A DNA stretch of 64,000 nt, taken from contig NC_043003.1 in NCBI RefSeq assembly GCF_006345805.1, positions 89,962,001 to 90,026,000 on the forward strand, given 5' to 3'. Below, piece by piece: positions 13,732 to 25,401 of the stretch. Position numbers and translations under genes: made by a program. Numbering within the stretch: the first letter of the stretch is position 1; each line of letters begins with the position of its first letter. Source of the stretch: Octopus sinensis. Taxonomy: Eukaryota. The notes under the pieces were generated by a model, which saw nothing but the letters and a program-made list of their open reading frames with translations, searched no databases and was not told where the DNA came from.

Positions 13732-14616
13732 ATTGAACCTACACTAGGTTCATTCATCCTTTTGACAGGTCTTGTATTTAGCCCTGCTGGGTTCCTAGCA
13801 ACCCTCTTCACAAGGCAAGCCTAGTGGAGGAGCTGGTTTAGTCGCCAACGATCTGATCATGCAACAGATTGTACTGGATTCCATGTTACTAGTAACATTC
13901 ATGAGAGACCTCACAAGTGGCCTGATATCAGCACACACATGCACGTGCAATGTCCTTTCAGTTTCCATCTACGAAATCTACTCACAAGCTTTTGGTTAGT
14001 TTGCAGTTGGACTGAACCTGGAACCATGTAGTTGGGAAACAAACTGCTTAACCACACAGCCATCCCTGTACCCAATGTAACTGAAATAATATCAAGCATA
14101 AAATTTCTGACATATAAAATAGAAATTTATGTACAAAATTTCTAAGCACAGTTAGCTATAAAGTACATTTTTATAAAAATTATTTTCAGTTGTTCATTTT
14201 AAATGTCAAAATATTTTTTGTTTATGTAAGTTCATTTTTTTTCTGGGGCAGTCCAGTAAAGAGGTTTATTAAGTATAAGTATGTATGATATTTCTACACA
14301 CATACACTTAAATATGTGCCACACACACACACACACACATACAAACACTTACAAACAGATCATGATAGTTTCCAGTTTCTTATTACTTACATAAACAAAT
14401 AAAAAGGTAATACATTGTTTGGAGTTTAAAAGAATTAGCTGCAGGTAAATTCTGTAGATTAAGGAAATATTATAAGATTGTCTTCAGAAAATATGATGAA
14501 AGTTTTGATTTAAAATTTTCTTATCCGATGGAAATGTTAAATGTTATAGCTTTGCTTCGTAGTTTTATTATGCTGTCCTTGTTCTACCATAATAAGAATA
14601 TTCATTTCTGTTTCAG

Positions 14617-14779
14617 ACCTAAACCAGGTGATACACGAAGTATGAGCATTGAAATGTCTTCAGAACCTGTTGGCTTCAAAATTGAAGCCTCGAAATCTGG
14701 GGGCATTTTTGTTTCATCTATAAGTGAAAATAGTTTAGCTGTAGAACATGACTTGTATGTTGGTGATCAACTTCTTGAA
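14617..14779 (+). CDS. DLG5: DLG5-like, exon d (N-terminal half of the first PDZ in the window, PDZ3)
   Basis: tttcAG acceptor, GAA|GTAAGT donor; PKPGDTRSMSIEMSSEPVGFKIEASKSGGIFVSSISENSLAVEHDLYVGDQLLE is a PDZ pattern. Confidence 0.93.
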
Positions 14780-15562
14780 GTAAGTTTCCTTTGCAATTTG
14801 AAATTAACAGGACTGATAATAATAATAAATTAGCTGTCAATGTTTAGGGGTGGAACCAAGTTTCTCTCTTTGATTTTTTGACTGAAGATCATGTTATAAA
14901 AAACATGTTTGATTTCTATAAATATCTGCTCTTGTATGTAATTCTCATCATTATCATCATAACTCTCTCTGGTGTGGGCCTTTGTGTCTAACTCTACTTT
15001 CCACATGGGGTCCTCAGCACAGAAAAACAACTGGTACTCAGTCGGTTATGATGACAAGGGTTCCAGTTGATCCAATCAACAGAACAGCCTGCTTAGAAAA
15101 TTAACATGCACATGGCTGAGCACTTCTCAGATGCTCATTTACAACTATCATGCAATGTAAAAAACAAAGAGACAAAAGCATGCAAAGCTGTGGCTGTGTA
15201 GTAAGAAGCTTGCTTCCTAACCACATGGTTTCAGGTTCAGTCCCACTGCATGGCACCTTGTGCAAGTGTCTTCTATAGATATGGGCTGACCAAAGCCTTT
15301 GCAGTGGATTTGGTAGAGAGAAACTGAAAGAAGCCCACTGTGTGTGTATGTATATATATATATATATATATATAAAAAGCAATAAGAAAATGGAGGGGAT
15401 CTTGAGGTGGTATTCATCAACTTTTAGACATTATATTATGTCCTATTCATTTCTAAAAAAACAGTTATAACAATATACATACATAACATATTATGCTTTA
15501 CATATATAAAAGTACCAGTAATTATAAAAATATACAATGTAGAATATAGAAAGTAGAATAAT

Positions 15563-15686
15563 TTCTTACAGCCGTTTCAGCCAAGAGGTCATAGTACCCC
15601 ACTTTACTTCCATCCCTTCAGTGAACTGAAGTATTTGGTAGATAAGATTAAGGTACTTGGGGGTGCCTCTGGGCTTCAACAGAGAG
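15563..15686 (-). ncRNA. Degenerate hammerhead ribozyme motif
   Basis: Minus strand: TCT-CTGTTGA-AGCCCAGAGG...CCTCTTGGCT-GAAA-CGGCTG-TA-AGA; one core substitution (A6 to T). Confidence 0.6.
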
Positions 15687-15748
15687 TTTAGAAAGTTTAT
15701 AAGGTTAAGTTGTAAATATAAATACATACATATATACACACTTTTACA

Positions 15749-16919
15749 TATGCTGATGACCTTGCTCTAGTAGCTGAGTTACTGCCAGAACTAGAGACGA
15801 AGTTTAGGGTCTCTAGTTCTTGGTCTAGAATCAAAGGGCCTTAGGGTTAACCTATCAAAAACCAAAGACTTAGTAAGTAGGAAGGCTGACAAATCACAAC
15901 CACCTTCAGGTAGATGGCCCTGCTTGATCTGTAGAAAAGGCATGGGTAGAAATTCCAAACGTGTACCCGGTGTAAGCACATAAAAGGTGCAGCAATATCA
16001 AAGGAAGGTTAACCAGGAAGATAGTTTTCGTGTGTGGCAGATGAACAAGAACAATAAACACTGAAGATGTACAGAAAACAGATTCCATCACATGCCAGGG
16101 GGAAAAACCAGAAGTAGTTGACAGCTTCCACTGCCTAGGCGACCAAGTCTGTAGTGGGGGTGGTTGCTTCAGCAACTAAAGTGAGATTGCAGCGATGGTC
16201 GATGCCAGTGTTGCATGTCCAGCCCATTTAAGAGTAACCTTGATGTGTTGGGTGATATGATATACTTGAGAAGACCTGCTGAGTCAAGTAAAACCAAAAT
16301 TGTAGTTGTGGCCAGTGCTCCTTGACTGGCTCCCATTCTGGTGGCACATAAAATGCATCATCCAAACATTGTTGATGCCAGTGTCCCTTGACTGGCTCCT
16401 GTGCCGGTGGCACATAAAAAGCACCATCTGTGCATGGTCAGTGCCAGGTCTACCTGACTGGCTCCTGTGCCGATGGCATGTGAGAAGCACCATCTGAATG
16501 TGGCTGATACCAGTGCCCTCTGACAGGCTCCCGTGCCAGTGGCACAATAAAAGCACCATCTGAGCATGGTCAGTGCTAGGTCCGCCTGACTGGCTCCTGT
16601 GCCGATGGCATGTAAAAAGCATCATCTTAATGTGGCCGATGCTAATGACCCCCGACTGGCTCCCGTGCTGGTGGCACATTAAAAAAAGCACTATCTGAAC
16701 ATGATTGATGCCAAGGTCACCTGACTGGCTCCTGTGCCAGTGGCACATAAAAAGTAACCACCACACTCTTAGAGTGGTTGGCATTAGGAAGGGCATCCAG
16801 CTGTAGAAACATTGTCAGATAAGATTGGAACCTGGTGCATCCACTGGCTCTGCAGACCTCAATCAAAACCTTCCAACCCATGCCAGCATGGAAAACGAAT
16901 GTTAAACGATGATGATGAT
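15749..16919 (+). mobile_element. RTE-clade LINE 3' fragment (YADD to 3' UTR and (GAT)n tail)
   Basis: Starts YADDLALVAELLPELE and matches 39487 onward; ~60-bp tandem array at 16320-16760; same 3' end motif. Confidence 0.85.
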
Positions 16920-17251
16920 AAATATATTCTTTCTTTCATTTACTAGTTTGTCATTTGACTGTGGCCATGCTGAAGCACTGCCTTAAAGGGTTTTTAGTTG
17001 AAGAAATCGACTCCAGGACTTAGTCTATTGCTCTCTTTCTCTGAACCACTAAGTTATGAAGATGTAAACACACCAACATCAGCTGTCAAATGATGGTGGG
17101 GAGAGAAACACAGACACAAAGATACATACACATACACACACATATATATATATATATGTGTGTATACATATTTATGTGTGTGTGTGTGTGTGTAATTCCA
17201 AGAGAGTTAGAGATTGTGAATCCAACCAACTAAGGGATACTACATAAATTA

Positions 17252-17800
17252 AGTTGTTCATGAAGGAGTCATACCCAATGACTGGTGTAGCAGCACCATA
17301 GTCAGTTGCTACAAGGGTAAAGGTGATGCTTTAGATAGAAATAACTACAGGAGTATCAAATTATTGGATCAGGTGATGAAAGTTATGGAGAAGGACATAG
17401 CCCAACTAATTAAGGAGAGAGTTAGCCTAGATGAGATACAGCTTGGTTTTATGCCATGCAGAAGCACCACTAATGCTATATTTCTGGTATGGCAATGCAA
17501 GAGAAATATTTAGCCAAAGATAAACCTCTTTTGTTGACTTGGAGAAAGCCTTTGACAGGGTACCCCATTCTCTTATCTGGTGGTCAATGCAGAAACTGGG
17601 GATAGATGAGTGGTTGGTAAGAGCTGTACAAGCCATGTTTAGGGATGCTGTTAGTAAGGTGAGGGTTGGCAACAAGTATAGTGAAGAATTCCAGGTAGAA
17701 GTAGGGGTTCATCAAGTATCAGTCCCCAGCCCCCCTTTTATTCATCATAGTCCTTCAGGCAATAACAGAGGAATTCAAGACAGGCTACTCCTGGGAGCTC
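17252..17800 (+). mobile_element. RTE-clade LINE RT fragment
   Basis: IPNDW...YKGKGDALDRNNYRSIKLLDQVMKVME...DLEKAFDRVP...GVHQ; homologous to 38925-39483. Confidence 0.88.
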
Positions 17801-17868
17801 AATATAGTTTATACTTATGTGGAAAAAATTGATTCAAATGACTATTTCTACTTGTTTTCTTATTGTAG

Positions 17869-17971
17869 GTTTGTGGCATCAACATGCGAACTGCAACTTA
17901 TCAGTTAGCAGCCAGTGTATTGCGTCAGTGTCGAGAAACCCTAACAATGTTGGTGCAATACAATCCACACA
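17869..17971 (+). CDS. DLG5: DLG5-like, exon e (PDZ3 C-terminal half)
   Basis: ttgtAG acceptor, A|GTAAGT donor; VCGINMRTATYQLAASVLRQCRETLTMLVQYNPH. Confidence 0.93.
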
Positions 17972-18984
17972 GTAAGTTACTTTCCGAATGTCTGTTTTCA
18001 TGATTTACATTCTATCGGTGATTGTTGGTTTATTGTTGAATTTATTAGTTTCAAGCTTTGACACAAAGCCAGCAAATTCAGGTGATGGGGTCAGTTGATT
18101 ACATTGACCCTAATATTTTACAAACCCTTGAGGGGATGGAAAGCAAAGCAGAATTTGAACTCAGATCATAAAGACAGATGAAATGCAGCCAAGCATTTTG
18201 CCCAACATGCTAAAGGTTCTGGTAGCTCGCTACCCTAATTTGTATTTTAATAAGATTATTTAACTGAAAGCATTGAATGTTTCATTATCATTTAATGTTC
18301 CCTCTTTCATACTTGGATGGGTCAGAAGGAATTTCATAAATTAGATTTTCTACATGTCATGAACCCTCACTTGTTTCCAAGTAAGGTAATATTCCCCCAT
18401 GACCGAACATGTTTTCATAGAAGACTGGAAATAAACAACAACACTTATATAACAGTGGTGCTTGTATACATTCATCATGTAATGTCATGACAAGGGTACA
18501 CATACAAACACACATGACATATATGAAGGCTTCTTCCAGTTCCTATCTACCAAATCCACTCACAAGGCTTTGGTTGTCTAGGTCTGTAGTAGAAGACACA
18601 TGCCCAAGGTACTACACAGAAGGAATGAACCCAAGATTCTTAATCACACATCCACATACTTCTTTTGCACTATGACACAATTTGATTTTCCAAAAAAAAA
18701 GTGTTCACCCCTCCATGAATGCAATCAGTATACTATGTGTGGGTGTATCTATATATATGAAACTGAGAATGCATGTCTGTCTGTTTGTCTGTCTGTGTGA
18801 ATCTCTAAAACTTGAGAACTACTCAACCAATTTCATTCAAATTTTACACATGCCTTACTTATGTAGTGTCATGGGCAAAAAAATGTTTTAACTTCTTGCC
18901 TAGGGCGAGTCCACAGCAATATCATATCTTCTCCATTATTTCAGTATTACGTGTCAAAAGTGAAAGAAAAACATCTCTCTATTG

Positions 18985-19191
18985 CAGGGGTGGGCAAACT
19001 TTTTTGATCGCGGGCCGCACAGTGCATCTTTGGAACCTTGGCGGGCCTCATTTATAAAAATCAAGTGAAAATATTTTTAAAGGCGGTTATAGACCTATAA
19101 ACACACAATTGATTGAAAGGAAATTTTGTGAAATATTCCTCTCGGCGGGCCGCATGAAAACCTATGGCGGGCCGTAGTTTGCCCACCCCTG
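18985..19191. mobile_element. hAT-family MITE
   Basis: TIRs CAGGGGTGGGCAAACT / AGTTTGCCCACCCCTG, a perfect 8-bp TSD CTCTATTG on both sides, and subterminal GCGGGCC repeats. Confidence 0.92.
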
Positions 19192-19426
19192 CTCTATTGT
19201 AATGTCAGATGCTTTCACTTTAATACTGAAACTATTAATTAAAGTGAAACTATTATATAACAGGGATGAACTGTAACTGGACATCCATTCTGCTAGAAGA
19301 AGATCCGCTATGGTCTTATATGCTATACCACTGGTTTTCAATTCACACTAATCAAATTCATATTCAATTTTTCACCCTTATTATTTTAAATTTACATGTG
19401 TATATATATATACACATGTAAATTTT

Positions 19427-19456
<30 letters not shown>

Positions 19457-19457
<1 letters not shown>

Positions 19458-19820
19458 TACTCTTTTACTCTTTTACTTGTTTCAGTCATTTGACTGCGGC
19501 CATGCTGGAGCACCACCTTTTAGTACTTATTCTATCGGTCTCTTTTTGCCGAACCGCTAAGTGATGGGGACGTAAACACACCAGCATCGATTGTCAAGCA
19601 ATGCTAGGGGGACAAACACAGACACACAAACACACACACATATACATATATATACATATATACGACAGGCTTCTTTCAGTTTCCGTCTACCAAATCCACT
19701 CACAAGGCATTGATCGGCCCGGGGCTATAGCAGAAGACACTTGCCCAAGATGCCATGCAGTGGGACTGAACCCGCAACCGTGTGGTTGGTTAGCAAGCAA
19801 CTTACCACACAGCCACTCCT
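19457..19820 (-). mobile_element. tRNA-derived SINE family A, near full length; other copies ~365-455, 3460-3570, 11485-11590, 13955-14070, 15185-15340, 16930-17130, 18525-18660, 20808-20965, 23070-23460, 49230-49612, 59170-59325
   Basis: Minus-strand head GGAGTGGCTGTGTGGTAAG...GGGTTCAGTCCCACTGC (A/B-box-like), CTTGGGCAAGTGTCTTCT core, internal (TG/TA)n, tail GCATGGCCGCAGTCAAATGACTGAAACAAG(TAAAAGAG)n. Confidence 0.85.
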
Positions 19821-19867
19821 ATATATATATATAGATGTATATATATATATAGATGTATATATATATG

Positions 19868-19901
<34 letters not shown>

Positions 19902-19926
19902 TATAGATGTATATATATATATATGT

Positions 19927-19972
<46 letters not shown>

Positions 19973-20044
19973 TGTATATATATATATATATATATATATA
20001 GATGTATATATATATATATATATATATATAGATGTATATATATA

Positions 20045-20136
<92 letters not shown>

Positions 20137-20166
20137 TGTATACATATAGATGTATATATATATATA
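19820..20166. repeat. (TA)n / TAGATG(TA)n microsatellite; similar long tracts at 49020-49230, 49860-50335, 52004-52430, 52838-53278, 53953-54422
   Basis: Directly visible; these tracts produce the YIYI... spurious ORFs. Confidence 0.97.
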
Positions 20167-20285
20167 TAAATTAGAAAAAAGACACCTTTTATCAATTCAA
20201 AATGAACAATTAAATTACACCATCTAGAAAATTACATAGAATAGAAATATTAAAATTAAAATAAAAACGTATATAATTGGTAGAA

Positions 20286-20374
20286 TAACGACACCTGTTT
20301 CGTTGCTATATTTAAGAAATGATTATAGTAGTAGTAAAATCACTTCAATATAAATATAGCCACTCATCAGGTTA
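20286..20374 (-). ncRNA. Hammerhead ribozyme motif with intact core
   Basis: Minus strand: TAAC-CTGATGA-GTGGCTATATTTA...TAAATATAGCAAC-GAAA-CAGGTG-TC-GTTA; long stem II, GUC triplet. Confidence 0.75.
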
Positions 20375-20421
20375 GAAATAAACTAAAATAATAAAATAAT
20401 TAATTAATAAATAAAAATACG

Positions 20422-20487
<66 letters not shown>

Positions 20488-20606
20488 GTGTTTTTTTTCT
20501 AATTTATATATACATATTATATTGTGTGAAATTTGATTTAGTATTTCTAAATTGAATTTTTTTCCCTGTAAGTTTGGATTTATATTCCCTCAAATAATTA
20601 TTATAT

Positions 20607-20649
<43 letters not shown>

Positions 20650-21238
20650 ATATATGAATGTATATATATATATATATACATGTATATGTATAGATGTATA
20701 TGTATACATGTATGTGTAGATGTATGTATATATATATAGATGTAAATGTAATATGTACACATATATACATGCATACATATATACACCCCCACACACACAT
20801 ATATAGGTGCAGGTGTGGCTGTGTGGTAACAAACTTCATTCCAAAACACATGGTCCGGGGTTCTGTCCCACTGTGTGGTAACTTGGCATGTGTCTTCTGC
20901 TATAGCCTCAGACCAACCAAAGCCTTGTCAGTGGATTTTGTCGACAGAAACTGAAAGAAATCAATTGTATATATATGTATGTATATATGTTAGTTTACGT
21001 GTGTGTCTTTGTGTTTCTCCCTCATCACTGCTTCACAACTGGTGTTCATTTATTTACATCCCCATAATTTATTGGTTTCACAAGAAGAAACTGATAGAAT
21101 AAGTGCCAGGCTTATCAAAATAAAAAAAAACCCACTAGGCATTGTCTCATATTTTTGTTTGCCCACTCAGTTATATCTATCAATTTACCTTTGTGTGTGT
21201 GTATGGATTTCGTACATAGGAAGTGTAACAAATTAATC

Positions 21239-21290
<52 letters not shown>

Positions 21291-21517
21291 ATATGTAAGT
21301 GTATGTGTGTGTCTTTGTCTCTGTGTTTCACCCTCATCACTGCTTCACAACTGCTGTTCATTTATTTACATCCGCATAAATTACTGGTTTCACAAAAACA
21401 AACTAATAGAATAATTACCAGGCTTATCAACATAAAAAAATGCACTAGGCTCATATCTTAGTTTGCCCACTCAGTTGTACCTATCAATTTATCTTTGTAT
21501 GTGTGTGTGTGTGTGTG

Positions 21518-21604
<87 letters not shown>

Positions 21605-23549
21605 CCCTAATGGGGGCCTTAACTCCCAAATTTTAGTAATTTCTTTTATGATCCAAAACTAGGTCAAAAGTACTGAATAGATCTTTATGAAATTTGGAAA
21701 TTATATACTATGCATAAGGACCATAACCCCCATGACAATTCATATATTTTTGCTGTTGATGAAATTTTAATCACAGATATTAGACACAAATGAAGTAATA
21801 TTTATAAAATTTCATCTTCTTATAATTTAGAAAGACCCCTCCATGGGGACTTAACACCCACAATTTTGTCATTTTATCTAAGCAAAGACGAATACTGTTG
21901 TACTCTTGGAAGCTGTAGGGTTACCCAAGCATAAAAGATTAGCATTATTTGTAATTCAATGGTACAACAGTGTAAGGGTTTGCTTTGACATACAATTAGA
22001 TTGTGATTTCTGCAATGTGCTGCATAAATTGTCAAGTAAATGAGAGGCATCTTTACCTCTACTGATTCAGTTGCAAAGTGTTGAGTAAAGTTGTTTGATT
22101 GCAGACCTCCTTTCAGTCTTTTTATTATCACTGGGTCACACATAGTCCCCAAATGGTAACATTGATTTCAAGGCCTTCCCAGATGAGTGACTGGTTATTC
22201 AAAGACATTTATAGATTGTATATTTATTCTGTCCAGTTACATATCAGTATAGTGGTCATTTGCCAACCCCAACTTTCATTTCTCCTTAGCCCTCATGTCA
22301 CACAGTTGTTAATGTTTATTTCAGTTGGGTCACCCCCTTCCAATTGCTATAGATTCCTAATGCCTGTTACGGCTGTGCCTGTCACCTGGATGGGGAGAAA
22401 TCCTACATTGGGAGTGGTAATGACTAGGGTAGGGTAGCTGACTGCTTATTGTGATCATTCGCCTTTTGGTTTCCTGTAGCTTTGCTCTCTTTTACAAACC
22501 CAGTGAACATTATATTTCCTATTTCAAAGAAATTCAAACAATAGATATAAGACCCAAGTTAAAAAGATTCTCAACAATTCAACTTCTCTGCTTCACATTA
22601 AGATACCCACCCCCAATAGGGGCCTTAACTCTCACATTTTAGAGCTCCATGACCTTCATTTTTCAGGAGTAAAATCTTTTTAACAGGTTCAATAAGACTG
22701 GAATTTTGTAATGTGCACATAAAAATCAGTAGTATGGGATACATGTGGCATGATTACAATTTTTTTAGGGTGTGTAAAGAGGGAAATAACCCTCATCTGC
22801 AGTTTTGATGAAATTCGAAACATAGATATTCCAGTTCATTACAGAAAATATAACAGAAAAGTCTAATTCTTCAATTGAATGTAACACGAGCAACGCCGGG
22901 TATCTCTGTTAGTAATATATATATACAAACACGCACAAAAGAAATTGTAATTAAAATTTATCGTTAGTTGTATTTATTTGTTACTTATATCACATTGTCA
23001 AGTGACCTACACCCCACCAAAATATTGCCATGCCTCCTAAGGTTGGAGATGGGCCTTGAGAAACACATTCTTTTATTCTTTTACACCTTTTAGTCATTTG
23101 ACTGCAGCCATGCTGGAGCACTGCCTTAACTGGTTTTAGTTTAAGAAATCGACCCTAGAACTTATTCTTTGTTAGCCTATGGTCCCTTTTGCCAAACCAC
23201 TAAGTTATGGGGACATAAACACATCAACATTAGTTATCAAGCAGTAGTGGTGGGATGAACACCAACACACTCACACAAATATATATACATATATATGACA
23301 GGCTTCTTTCAGTTTCAGTCTACCAAATCCACTCACAAGGCTTTGGTTGGCTTGAAGCTATAGCAGAAGACACTTGCCTAAGGTGCCACGCAGTGTGACT
23401 GAACCCAGAACCATGTGGTTGGAAAGCAAGCTTTTTACCACAGCCATGCCTGCACCTGCATCTAAACACATTTTATTGTAATTTTACTTGAATTTATTTC
23501 AGTTTGGTATTTCATTATTAAGAAAAAAACATATTTTTCTTGTTCACAG

Positions 23550-23703
23550 AATTCAACAGTGAACGGTCTGAAAGCAATTTGTGCTCCTCACCATCAGATT
23601 CCTCTGAATTATCCAAAAAACCAAATCATCTAGTCAGTAATGAAACTATAACTCCATCCAGTCCATCTTCAGAAAACACTCACCACAGAATTAGTACCCT
23701 CAG
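23550..23703 (+). CDS. DLG5: DLG5-like, exon f (inter-PDZ linker)
   Basis: cacAG acceptor, AG|GTGAAC donor; (K)FNSERSESNLCSSPSDSSELSKKPNHLVSNETITPSSPSSENTHHRISTL(S). Phase 1 to 2 fits. Confidence 0.82.
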
Positions 23704-24916
23704 GTGAACATTTATCCCAAAGATTTGTACATTCATATTGTCTGGTTAAAAATACAAACTTGTCTTTTTTCCTCAGTTTTGCAATTTAATTTTAGTTTTC
23801 AATTCATTTAAAGTTTGACATAAAATGAAAATCAATGATATTTATGTATTTTGTTTTGTATATATGTACAAATTACTTTAAGTCTTTAAAAATTGTTGAC
23901 CAGAAATCAGGAACATTTATTGGTTTCAAATTTTGGCACAAGGCCAGCAATTTTGGGAGTTGGGGTTTATAGTGAGTTACATCAACTCCAGTACTCAAAT
24001 GGTACTAATTTTATTACCCCGAAAAGATGAAAGGCAAAGTCAACATCAGTGCAATTTTAAACTCAAAATGTAGAGGTAGACAAAATGCCACTAAGCAAGG
24101 AACTGCATTTATTAAAATTAATAACATCATTTCTAGTCATTAAAAGACTCTGAGAAGTTAAATTCTGTATTTTGCAAAATATCTAAAAAAGATATATATT
24201 ATCAGAATATCTTTGTCATTTTAACAAAGAAGTATAACATATGTAATATGTTATATATATATATATATATATATAAAAAACATATTACATATTCTAATCA
24301 AGTTCCTGGGAGATTTCTTATTCTAAATTTCTAGCTTCTTTATCATTGATAAGTAGAATCAGTGTTTTAGATAGATACTTATGTGTGGGCCCACTTGGAG
24401 TTTGGATGTTAAGGGACAGTTCCTCTGATGTGATCAGATATAGCTACTTTAATAGATTTTTTTTTATAGGTAATAAAACTTTGAGTCTAAGTTAATGCTC
24501 AGATATTTTGTCCTCAACTATAATAGTCTACAGATTATTGAATTAACATATTTCAATCACACCTCTTTTCAAAAATAACAGATTTAAGTTGCTGTAATTG
24601 AATTCTAACAACTATTTAAATTATATTTGAGATGTGCCTTCACTAACAACCTAAATGTTTTTGTAGATTATTATTAACAACTTTGTTTTATTTATTACTT
24701 ATATTTTAACTGATAAGATCCCTCATTCTTAAATGCCATCAAAGTAAAGTATACATTCCAATGATGGTATAAGACAGTAGCTTTTAAATAACTGGAATTC
24801 AGTAGTCAAATTATATCAAAGATATAATCTGACTACTGAATTAACAAATTAAAAATGATTAAATTTTTAATTGATTTTTATTCAGTTCTCTTTTTAAGAG
24901 ATGAGGAATTGTGTAC

Positions 24917-25401
24917 ATTATTTACATTTGTCAGATATTTGTCCTCATTTTGTTTGTTGTTAACCCAACATTTTGGCTGATATACCCTCCAGCCTTCTTC
25001 GGGTGTCTTGGGGAAATTTCAAACTTGGGTTCTCATTCCTAAGGTATTTTTTGATGTTGTTGTTGTTATTATTATCATTATTATTCAAGTAACTGCCTGG
25101 AATCGAACTCGGAATCTTGGGGTTAGTAGCCTGCGCTCTTAAACACTATGCCATGGCATATGGCTTAGTGGTTAAGAGTGCAGGTTACTAACCCCAAGAT
25201 TCCGAGTTTGATTCCAGACAGTGACCTGAATAATAATAATAATAATAATAATAACAACAACAACGACAAAATACCTCAGGAATGAGAACCCAGCTTTGAA
25301 ATTTCCCCAAGACACCTGATGAAGGCTGGAGGGTATATCAGCCGAAATGTTGTGCTAACAACAAACAAGATGAGGACAAATATCTGTCAAATGTAAATGA
25401 T
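24917..25401. mobile_element. Palindromic head-to-head dimer of a tRNA-headed, hammerhead-tailed element
   Basis: Two ~240-bp inverted arms centred near 25157. Each arm has an A box (TGGCTTAGTGG), a B box (GAGTTC/TGATTCC), (AAT)n and a hammerhead-like core. Confidence 0.85.
25312..25355 (+). ncRNA. Minimal type I hammerhead ribozyme motif (Penelope-type)
   Basis: acac-CTGATGA-a-GGCTG-gagggtatat-CAGCC-GAAA-TG-TT-gtg; stem III looks like ACGT decayed to ATGT. Confidence 0.65.

Larger units (their letters stand above)
18748..22912 (+). mobile_element. Probable non-autonomous Helitron with nested insertions
   Basis: A|TC 5' end followed by (GTCT)n and ccaatttcattcaaatttt; 3' end cacgagcaacgccgggtatctctgTTAG|T (short hairpin, degenerate CTAG). 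Pairing of the two ends is inferred. Confidence 0.55.

Noticed and set aside
16320-16760. CRISPR-like array of ~60-bp period with palindromic repeats (also 12950-13560)
   Set aside because: The 'spacers' are homologous to each other, the array lies in a LINE 3' UTR in a eukaryotic intron, and there are no cas genes.
19741-20195. Long Y/I/C/V-rich ORFs (also 49864-50443, 51966-53331, 53783-54432)
   Set aside because: These are translations of (TA)n/(TG)n microsatellites.
25155-25226. tRNA gene
   Set aside because: A and B boxes are present, but there is no convincing acceptor stem and it continues into a repeat body; it is a SINE-type head.
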